Shown here: piece by piece, positions 37,611 through 47,910 of the stretch
Layout of the letters: each line of letters starts with the position of its first letter
Position numbering within the stretch: the first letter of the stretch is position 1
From: Catajapyx aquilonaris
Taxonomy: Eukaryota
NCBI GenBank assembly: GCA_000934665.2
Contig: KZ538034.1
Span: 1 to 64,000, forward strand
DNA: 64,000 bases
Direction: 5' to 3'
Notes under the pieces: model-generated
The model's database searches: none
Told to the model about the DNA's origin: nothing
The model's input: the letters and a program-made list of their open reading frames with translations, nothing else
Position numbers and translations under genes: made by a program

Positions 37611-40600
37611 ATGGATTTTGGAGATCCCTTCAAGTTGATCCCCCAGTCCATAATGAAGAGTCCGACATTCCGTGGCTCGGAAATGAAGAGGGTGGCAAAC
37701 AGCCCTCGAGTGACTTTCCAGCCTCCTGCGCACATTGCTGAAGTGTTGCAGGATTATTACGATGGGAAGGCGGGACAGTACAACCAGCTTCTCAGCTTCA
37801 TTGCTGACACAGACATTGCAGACCAATTGCTAAGCCAGTGGTTGGTTGAATTGCAAGCAAACCTGCACCTTTTGGACAGGAAGGCAGAAGCATTCATTCA
37901 GTCACTTTTGGTAAGTGGCCAACGCTTCAGGGAGAGCTTGGCCTGTATATTGATGCGAATTTTTCTTTTTTTATTTAATTCAACAGAAGCTTCAATGGGC
38001 CAGTCGTTCCCGCCAGTTAAAGAAGCAGTTCAGGCACTTCATCTTCAGCCTGCTCTCTGCTCACAACTACTACACCAAGGCAGTATTGCGCTTCATACTG
38101 ACCAGCTTTGCACCAAGTAAGGAAAAGTTACAAATCCAATTAAATTACCACTTCATTCTTCATCCATGTAAAACACAAAGAGGTGTGATATTGTATTTTG
38201 TGATTGATTGCTCTGATAGCATAAGGCCCTGTGTATTTTTACTCCTGATATAACAGCCTAAAAGGTTAGTAAGACCTCCGCGGCGGCATGAAAGTACTGA
38301 AACAAGGCAGGCGCACGTAAGACCTTCACCAATTGATTTAAGCTGTACCATAGGTCTTACTCAAACAATTCTAAAGTATTGTGCCGAATGGCTCGCAAAA
38401 ATTACTACTGCAAACTAGGCAGGGTTTTGAAAAGAAAAAGAAACTGAACCCATCCTCGCAGACTTGGAAATTCTCTCCTGAAAATGCAGAATTAAGTTGA
38501 AAAAGACTGTTAAAGTTTCACCAATTTACGTTTACATGTGAAAAATTAAACATTACAGTGAATCTAAAAGAGGTTGCAATTGTGCATAAATGTTTCATGG
38601 CAATAAATTCGCAAGAATCGTATAGAAATTCAATACGCTTAATATTGACGTTCCTAATTTCAATAATTTCAGAAAACGCACTTATATGGAGTGGCTCATG
38701 GAAAATTAATCTTTTCAGAAAGGAGACTTTACGAGCAGTAAATTGGAAATAGCTTATGTAGGACCTATGGTACAGCTTAAATCAATTGGTGAAGGTCTTA
38801 CGTGCGCCTGCCTTGTTTCAATACTTTCATTCCGCCACGGAGGTATTACTACCCTTTTTTTTCACTCAAGGGAATGTTTTTTCTCTTATTGGATTTAAGA
38901 TGGGTTGAGAATTAAATTACTTACAGTGCATATTTGTTTCATAACTAGATTCGAAGAATGATGTGCCAGTCATACCTGGAAGTCCGAGTGAAGAAGAGGT
39001 CGTGATATTTACCTACTGCCATCAACTACTGAGCACTGTCCTTTCATTGGTGCCTATGTGAGTAGATATTTTAAAGTCTCTATTACATTCTTATGTATCT
39101 GATGAGATATTCCGTGGGAAGTAGAGAATTCCTAGCATTTTGTCTGTGTGAATGTGTAGGAAATCTTTCTAAAATTTGTTTCTCTGTTATACAATATAAG
39201 ACAATGCAAGTAAGATGGGTAATGTGTGTTATGTAACTAAAACTCTTTTTATTACATTTGCAGGACAGACAAGCTTCTGGACACAAGCCTTTCAGATTGC
39301 TTCCCATACATAACTAAGCCTACACATCAACAGGCCTGCTACGTCATTAATTTATTACACTTATCATCCTACGTACAACATAAAAAGCAGTTCATTTTGA
39401 CACTGATTTTGTCTAGGTAAGTGACTTTGAAAGTTCCACCAATTAAGGTAGAAATGAATTTAATTGCAAGTCATAAAAGTGATGAGTTATTGGTTTTAAA
39501 AGGTTGACGTGTGATTTAAACATGCTTATGGCGCTAAAATTTAGTTACTTTCGATTTTAATTGTGCCGATTCTTCGATATTAATTTCAATGTCTTGAAAC
39601 ACAGGCTCACCAAAATGGACGCCAGTGTCTTGCGTGAAGATTTGGAAGAGCTGGACGACTGGGATGAAGAAATGGAAGAAGAGAAAGATTATTTCTCAAG
39701 TGGTGTGGATGACATGGACATAACTACATCCAGTGAATATAACTTTGTACGACCCAGTCTTTTACAAGTTCGTCCCATGGGTCACGTGATGGCTGACAAA
39801 CTTGATGTTCTGTTAACCATCCTGATGGAATACATTTATCGTGATTGTCACAGCAAGTCGGGAGAGTTGGACTGGGAAGCCACGAAGAAGTTATACAGGG
39901 AAATTTGGGTGGGATTCGAGACAGTTGTGCTATGCAACCATGCACTCTCACATGTGCAGTTTGTAATGCTGTACATTTGCAGCTTCAAATCAATGTTGTA
40001 TGAAAACTTTCTTGCTTCCGTATGGAGGAAAGTTTGTACCATTTCTATGCAGACTGTACTTCGGCAGAATGCCGCTGTGTATTTGGGAGGGTTTTTGGCA
40101 AGGGCTGAATATGTCCCCTTGTGCCTAGTGCAACATTACATGCAGGAAATGGCTCGATGGGCACATGCTTACGTAAGGGCTAGTCAGAGGGACGTGACAG
40201 ATGGCCTACAGAAGCACCCTGTGTTTTACTCAGTATGCCAAAGCCTCTTCTATTTGGTTGTGTTTTTCGAATCAGACCTGCTTAGTGATGTAATTGTCGA
40301 AGATGAAATCCCGAAAAAGAACGTCCGCAGAAAAGAAGACCTAGAGGATGACATCCAGGAAGATAAGAAAGGTGAGCTGAAAACGAAGCTAGCTGGATTG
40401 GTATGCACTGTAATACAATCAGTCAGTCAAATCTGTTAGTCACTTTTCTGATATCCGTTGCAGGTCGCAGATTTTGCACTTGTATGTCTAACGGTTGTGT
40501 TATGGTTCCCGTCTAGGTCTGGTGTTTCTCCAAAGCCTGGAACTGAACAAGTTGCTGACCAGCCACCTGAACCCAATGGCAGTGTGTCCTGATGAAGTGC

Positions 40601-40968
40601 TGGGGAGCTTAATTCGGATGGTCCACACCTACCAACTGGCATACTGCTTCTCAGTGATGCAATACAATGGTCGGAATTGGCTTCCTGTCACCACAGCGAC
40701 AGGCAAACCTAAGCTTGACTCAAAGCTCAAGCCCTACTTTCCCTTCGATCCCTGCTTGCTTCAACGCTGCAGCCAAGTTATCACGCCCATATACAGACAG
40801 TATAGGGAAAAGGGGGATTGTGATCTGTCTCCATCAGAATTCAGTGAGCCAAGACGTGAGAAAGAAGACGACGATTACTTGGAAATGGGGAAAACGCCCA
40901 AATTGTGTGATTTGGTGGCAATGGGGACATCTCCACCCCTTTTGTTTGAAGGAGGCAGTAGTAAATAA
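37611..40968 (+). CDS. RRN3: RNA polymerase I initiation factor RRN3/TIF-IA; exons 37611-37910, 37987-38116, 38949-39057, 39264-39416, 39605-40371, 40517-40968
   Basis: CFPY, RLTKMDAS, ADKLDVLL, SHVQFVMLYICS, RQNAAVYLGGFLARA, HPVFYSVCQSLFY, KKGLVFLQSL...LNPM, YFPFDPCLL; junction phases consistent. Confidence 0.92.
38267..38851. mobile_element. Foldback/MITE with ~94-bp inverted arms in RRN3 intron 2
   Basis: Arm 38267-38360 is the near-exact reverse complement of 38758-38851. Confidence 0.88.
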
Positions 40969-41368
40969 ATCACCACCGAATAACCTGTCTTCTGATTCCC
41001 AAGCGTACCCATGATTGTTCTTAGCACAACTGCTGGATGTTCATCTGTTACGTAAGGCAGAAAAGAAGAGGATGAATTGTGTTAAGGTTTGGTTTGCATT
41101 CGTGAAAAATAATTACTGAGGCAGTCAGATTTTTCCTACATCTAAAGTTGATAGTTTTTATCAACTTAGAAGCGTTTCAAGTCATGGCTGCCAAAATGAA
41201 CTTCCGATATATCTGCTAAATAATAATGAGAACACTGATAATAATGGTATATGGAAGTCACCTCCTTTTACATCTTAATTTACTTCTTTTTACCAGTCCC
41301 CTGCTTTCGACAAAAGTTCCATCGAGTTTTGGTAAGGTTGTTGCAACAAGTCCGAGCAAATTCACACG

Positions 41369-41640
41369 TCAGCTTTTTAATCATAACTTTTGTTCAGATT
41401 TCATTGGGTATTTAAAGCATGACAGAAATTTTCTTTTTTGGATTACAAGACAAAATATTCATTACATATAATATGTAACATACAATTGAACAATAATTTG
41501 ATCCTGAAGTACACAAGCTGACACAACATGTCAACTTTTTAATCATAACTTTTGTTGTCTGATTTTCACTGGATAATTAAAGCATGACAGATATCTTTTC
41601 TGGATACAATACAAAATATTAATTACACATTTGTAACACA
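41369..41640 (+). repeat. Tandem duplication of a ~160-bp unit; the second copy is interrupted by a MITE
   Basis: ctttttaatcataacttt...aaagcatgacaga...acaaaatatt...tgtaaca occurs at ~41373 and ~41535; the second copy resumes at 42013 (tacagttgaacaataa). Confidence 0.8.
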
Positions 41641-42012
41641 GGACGGGTGTTCATTAAGTTTTAAGCCCAACTGTTAATGAAGAGAGATATACACTTGGTT
41701 ATTTAATTTTTGAAAGTAGTTCCCTTGGATGTCCATCCTATTTTTTCATTGTTTCTCCAGCTTCTCTATCCCCTTGAAAAAAATTCAGCATCAAATATTT
41801 GATCACAGCGTGCTCCTCCAAACTGCCCATGGTAGAAACTTACTGCACTTTGCACCACAACTGATTTTTTTCTGCCCCGTATTTGACTCCGATCTGAATG
41901 ATGCAGTATGCTGTGGTCCTTGTAAGAGTGGTACTATGTGGTGTACAATAATCTACTTCCCGGAATTAGCACTCCTTCATTGTTGGGCTTAGAACTTAAT
42001 GAACACCCATCG
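41641..42012. mobile_element. Tc1/mariner-type MITE
   Basis: TIR gggtgttcattaagttttaagcccaac / gttgggcttagaacttaatgaacaccc; inserted at the TA of the duplicated unit. Confidence 0.85.
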
Positions 42013-42879
42013 TACAGTTGAACAATAACTTCTGGAAGTTCCCTACACAAACAAACATGACCGAGCCAACAATGCATTACCTCGTAGAGAACAATACAGA
42101 ACAGCGAAACAGTCTCATAACGACATGGAATTAAGTTTGGTAACATCTGGAATCTTATGTTTGGAGGGAGGGGTGGGGGAAAGNTGTTGATCTAGTGAGA
42201 TCTTCACTTATTCCACACATTTTACAAGAAATTCAAATGAAAGTCAAGTACCTGGGACATTCCTTTCCCCAAAACTGAGCTGCCGTAGCAATGTGCATGA
42301 CAGTCTCAGTTTTATGGTACAATCACATCAATGACAAAGTAACATAAATAGGGAATATCTGAACTGAATAATGATGACGACGACAATAATAATGACAATG
42401 TCACAACATGAAAATCTTTACATTTTGGAACAAATACTTACACTGACATAATATCCTCTGCCAGTGTTTTGCCAACCAGGCCAGTTTCATGCATGCTTGT
42501 GACACACATTATATCTTCTCTTAGTAGTTTACTCACTCCTGTCATGGCCTATTTACTATTCAAAAGAAATGTTTGTTTCCTGTGTAGCACTGAGCAGATC
42601 AGTTCACTTTCGCAGGTAAAATGTTTTGCACACTTCATACACCAGAAGTTGAACAATTCACCCTTACAAACAACAACGTTATCAAGTTGCCAATCACAAA
42701 TTTGCATGACTCGTGGTTTCATGAATGATTTCCTCAATCACCCACGGTGGTCGTTTCATGCAAACTTGCAACTTGGCAACCAACCCTTGTTCATGTTGCA
42801 GTCATATCTTACAGAAACCTTGTCACACTCACACAATGAGAACACTGCAGTTCTGGCTCAGCCCCATGCTTTCTTTAAT

Positions 42880-44091
42880 TTACCTCTTACGTGCACAACG
42901 AATCACAAGCTTGGGTTGCAACTGAGCTATTCGAGACAGATCTGGAGGTGCAAGCTCAAGCCCAGGACATTGAATGGCATCTAGTCGACGCAGTTTGGAG
43001 CACTTGGAAACAATCTCCACGAGGGACTCCAGACTGATGTTTGGGCAGCAGCTGAGATCCAGGTGGGTCAGCAGAGGGCAACCTGTGGCAATGGAACGCA
43101 GGCAGACCTGATCCAGACTGTGGGAGTTGAAGAGATTGATACGCTCCAGCTGACCAATAGTTGTGCAGGTAAATAGCTTGCGGAAGGTCACAGTGGTGGT
43201 GGCCTTTGTGCTTGTCAGTGACAGGACATGGAGGTCGCTCATCTGACACAATGCGTTGAAAAGGGTATCATCATTCATGTATGATATGCCCGACAGATGT
43301 AGCTCCTTCAGTCTCGGGCAGTGCTTCAGGTATGCCAGCTGGGTCATACGTTGCAGCATTGAGGTGTTCAACTTCAGCAGGTGACCACCTGCACTCTTCA
43401 ACAGCAACGTAACCCCACCTATGCTCGATGCATGATGTATAAAGACTTCTGTTAGCTTCGGATATGACCTCTTCAGAGATCTGTTTGCTCCCCTTGATGG
43501 GTTAATGCGGTTAAGTACAAGTTTCTCAATATTAGAGCCTGAAAATGTATCCACCAGATCTCGGCTCTTCTCCGGGATTTCAGACCCTTTCATGGTAACT
43601 TCCTTCAGCTTGCGACATCTTGACACAAGCCGGTCCAGCGTTTCACGCCGGCCTATGGTCACCTCATACAACTCCAGTGTCTCCAAGGACGGGCATAATG
43701 CGCTCAGGATATTATCCGTACCTGCTTCCATATGCTTCAGCCTAAACTTCCGCAGCTGGGTCATCTTGGTGAAGAACTCGGCCATATGCGCGGCATCAAT
43801 CTTCCTTCCGTCTAGCCTCACATCCCTCCAGAAGCTCGCATCCTCCGACAGCTCCCGCCAAGACTTACACACCAGCGCCGCAGTAGTCATCCGCTCATGC
43901 CGAGTCAGATATGAAAATATCCGCAATTTCATTTCCTTCGGCAGTGTGAAGAAGAGGTCACCCTGCAAAGCAAAAGGTATGTCAAAAAAATGTCAAAAAA
44001 TCTTTTTCCTTGCGAACCCCACCTGCGGCTTGGGAGGAACAGGCTGCTCCATCTCCTCACATTCCATCTTCATCCTCTTGGCAGCTTCCAT
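42880..44091 (-). CDS. F-box/LRR (FBXL-type) protein, paralog A; exons 44091-44023, 43962-42880
   Basis: F-box LPKEMKLRIFSYL...AALVCKSWRELSEDASFW followed by Cys-containing LRRs (CPLLTHLDLSCCPNI). Confidence 0.9.
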
Positions 44092-44648
44092 GTTGAACAC
44101 CAGCCGACGTACTACAACAGCACCCAACCAGTATGCCAAATAGGCCGCTAACCCTTTTTTATATAAAAAAACAAAAATCCAAATTACTCTGTACACACCA
44201 CGCAATTAAAAAGCCTTGTTCTTACCCAAATAAACTCCCTGCAAGACAATCTCCGCCGATTCCAAAAATTCGAACAAATCTGACATCAACACCATCAGCA
44301 GCGACATCAGCAGCCATTAAGCTCCACTAGTTCCACACAATCCCACCAGACGCCGCAGCACTCGCCTCATTAATTTTTAATCCCCCAACATTTTTCACTA
44401 TTATCTACACCTAAAATTAAACAATTAATCGCACATTAAAATCCGTTCCATTTGAGTTTAACTATTCTTGACGTCACAACTTGTAACAGTTATAACAGCT
44501 ATCGAGGGGGGAGATAACGGCTATCAATGGAATAACGGCTGAATCGGGCTGAAGCCTTCTGAAGGACAGACGGCGTCGTTCTGTGACTGAATTTGGGCAG
44601 TCTGAACAAGTCTGAAGGCCCGATTGTCACTGGTGGTGTCGCAAGAAA
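44092..44648. promoter_or_regulatory. Probable bidirectional promoter of the F-box/LRR pair
   Basis: 557 bp between the divergent ATGs; TGACGTCA at 44469 and four TAAC(A/G)G repeats at 44484-44540. Confidence 0.55.
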
Positions 44649-45901
44649 ATGGCTGAAGCGTCAGGAGAAGCAGTGGAAGGAGCTGGTGCTCAGGAACAGG
44701 TAGAACAGCATTAGAATCATCATCAAAAAAATAGAACAACACTAAAGGACTGTTCTAAACTGTATATTAAAAATGGATGGTCTCAAATCTAAGCTGTAGA
44801 TGTTCTTTTCAGGATGGAGATTTGTTCTCGGCGCTTCCGAAGGAGATGAAGCTGCGTATCTTAACGTGTTTGACACATAATGAGCTGCTGAAGACGGTTG
44901 CGTTGGTGTGTAAGGGTTGGAGGGAGCTGTCGGAGGATGCGGGTCTGTGGCATGTGGTGAGGTTGAATGGAGAGAGGGTGAGCTGGGAGAGGGCGGTAGA
45001 TGTGTTTACTAGGAGGACGCAGGTGAAGAAGTTGAGGCTCCAGAATATGCAGGAGGGAGTGGACGATGTGCTGGATGCGGTTGGAACGTGCGTTGAGAAG
45101 CTGGAGCTGTATGACATTACATTAGAGAGGTCAAATACGCTTGGGAATCTGGTGCGGAGGAACACTAATCTGCGGGAGGTGGTGTTCAGGTCGATGGAAA
45201 CGCCTGAAGACAACGAGAACATAATCGACATTCTGAACAACTCGAAGGTTGAGATGTTCAGGGTGTATCGGAGCAGCTCAGCCTTGCCTGCGGATGTAAC
45301 TCTTATAAGGAACTACCCTAACCTGAAAGAGATTTGTATATATCCGCCAACAGGCCTGAGTGGCATCCGAGCATTGTTGGCGAGTACCTCTAATCAGCTG
45401 CGGAAGTTGATTGTTCCTGTCACTGAAGAGCCTAGCATACTGTCTGTATTGGGCCTGTGCCGACAACTGGAGGAGCTTCAGTTCACAGGGTTGCCGAAAT
45501 TGACTGATGTGAACTTGCTGAACAAAGCGGTGTCACAACTCCACAATCTGCGCTACCTCTCGGTAACATGCGCCCTGACAGCTGCTTCTTTGCGCAGGTT
45601 CCTGTCCCTCCCTTCCCTTTCGAAGCTGCAGAAACTCAACCTCTTCAATTCGCACTACATGGACAAAGCTTGCCTGAGTGCAGTTGCACAAAACTGCCGT
45701 CTACTAACACATCTGGATCTCAGCTGTTGTCCCAATGTCACGGTTGAATCTCTATTGGAAATCATCACTTTCTGTAAGAGGCTCCGTACCATGGATGCCA
45801 TCAGGTGCCCAGGGCTGGAACTGACGCAAGCCAACCTGGCTGATATTGCTGAACTGAACTCTGGACTTGTCATTCGCTGTGCAAGGAAGAGAGGGAACTG
45901 A
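44649..45901 (+). CDS. F-box/LRR (FBXL-type) protein, paralog B; exons 44649-44699, 44813-45901
   Basis: F-box LPKEMKLRILTCL...VALVCKGWRELSEDAGLW plus LRRs (CRLLTHLDLSCCPNV); phase-0 intron just before the F-box, as in paralog A. Confidence 0.9.
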
Positions 45902-47910
45902 AGACTTTGTTCCTAAATGGTCATTCTCGTTACTGATGATCAAAAACATGTTGCGCGCCCTGTGTAATGATTACAACGTTTGTTAGTTGGAATATTCTCC
46001 CAATGCGATAAACTTTTGATTTGACTTTTTCTTCGACTTTTGTAACTTCTGTGTAATGATTACAGTAAAAGACTTGTGACTGGCTAATCTGTATCCTCTT
46101 ATTAGGTAACAATATATTGTAATAATTACAACTGTTACTTGATAAGAGGTCAGTAGGGTTAGCCAGATCTTCTTCCAAGCAAGTTTTTGAAATATTTCCA
46201 TTCCGTGTGTTCAAGTTGCTTCTGAAGCTTGCTTGGTAAAAAGAAATTGAAGGGAAACCATTTCTGTGTCTCTCTTGATTCTACGTTATTTGTTGGACTG
46301 ATGCAGATGAATATAAGAATAAGGAAAGAATATTACAGAATAGAGAATTAAGGAAGATTAAAGTTGTAATGTCCACTGTGAATATTATTTGGCAGCGGAG
46401 GAGGAATGGCGAGGTGGCACCAGTCACTATAGATTATTATCTATGCAGGATTTAGGAATTTGATAACATAACAGGCAGATCATCTACCAGCAAAACTTGA
46501 ATGTAAACTGCAGTATTATGGTGCTGTCCTGGGGCTGTGTTTGTTGTTGCCATCAACAGCTTGTATACCATATCGGGACCTGTTTGTATGTCTGCCTCCA
46601 GTGTGTCCATTGCTGAATCCTGCTATGGCAAGATACCAGCAGTGTACCGTCACAAAGCAAATGTGTGTGTATGTAGTAATCTGGTAGTTAAACAAAGTCA
46701 CTTCCCAGAATACTGTGTCACCTTTACGTGAGCCAAACATGTGATAGCATTTGATTCCCCCAGTTTGTAAAATATTAAAAAAAATAAAGACATCTTTTGT
46801 ACCATTCCTTGTAATGGTCTTCAATATATAATGTATTGAAAACCATTACATAAGGAAGGAGAGGACACAAAAGTCATCTTAATTAATAAACATGTCATGT
46901 TTCTACATATGTGTAATGTTGTTTACATTATTTGTCATACTTTCCAGTTTCAGGCACCTGATTTCCTAATGTTCCCCCTATTCATCGAGCTGCTCCAATA
47001 TTTAGGCAAGTTTCACTGGGCCAATGGGCAATATTATTCCAATCCGTAAACAAAATTAAATTCATGGCTGACTTCTAATTGTCTGCAGAATGTTAGTACA
47101 TCCAAGAGCTCTTGGTACATCTGTAATTGCTGCCCTCCATAAGCGCACCATGCGGTCAGGTAAGAAGTGTTTCAGGCACGTAAAGTACCGGTAGCTAAAA
47201 GACAACCCCCGGCATAATTCTGCGTAACTGGTAGTAATCATATAGTTACTTATAATTCACTAACTATGGTTACGATTAAATTTAAATTAAAAATTGACCA
47301 CCCCCAGAGTTTCTTTTCGGGAAAATCCTAACTTTCGATTGTTGTCTGCAATTGTTGCCATGACAATTCTGGTTATAACCGAGGTTCAAAATTTTAACCA
47401 AGTCGGTGAAACCCCCACCTTAGATTAACGGCTGGTTAATATTACTTCGTAAAAACCGGGCATCCGTTGCCTACTGCCTGTGCAGTTTGCATCGCAGACG
47501 CCGGCAAAATGGAACGAAAAAAAATAGTAAGAAATAAATAGTTTAATTGCTGTCATTAATTTTTCTGTTTAATTTGATGCGAAATAAGTACGTGTCTGAA
47601 GCGCATCGGGCGTGGACAAGTACCGCTGTAGGACTCCAGGGAGTAGGCCTCCTTTGGGTTTTCTGTAGTGCTGCAGTTAATCTTTGCAGTTTTGCAGAAG
47701 TAGTGTACTTTTAATGTATGTGTTTGTTGAGTACATGATGTGTTTGGATGTGTAGTAATTACGTGTGTGTTATTCCAGAGCGAGTGCTGGTTGCACGGGC
47801 ACAGTGCACACCTTCCCATGTAGCGATGGACACAGTCCGCTGCCCATTGCACCGCCCGAGACACCTATGGGCTGAATAGCATTGCGTCCAATCCGAGTGA
47901 GGCTGATGAG

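Noticed and set aside
40372..40516. Alternative RRN3 donor at 40400 and mini-exon near 40464
   Set aside because: Phases do not rejoin the last exon; the donor at 40371 gives the expected KKGL..LQSL sequence.
42469..42984. 171-aa plus-strand ORF
   Set aside because: Non-ATG start, no recognisable motif, and it lies antisense to the end and 3' UTR of F-box paralog A.
43505..44143. 212-aa plus-strand ORF (also 27546-28148, 29995-30366, 44809-45240)
   Set aside because: Antisense shadows of real coding exons.
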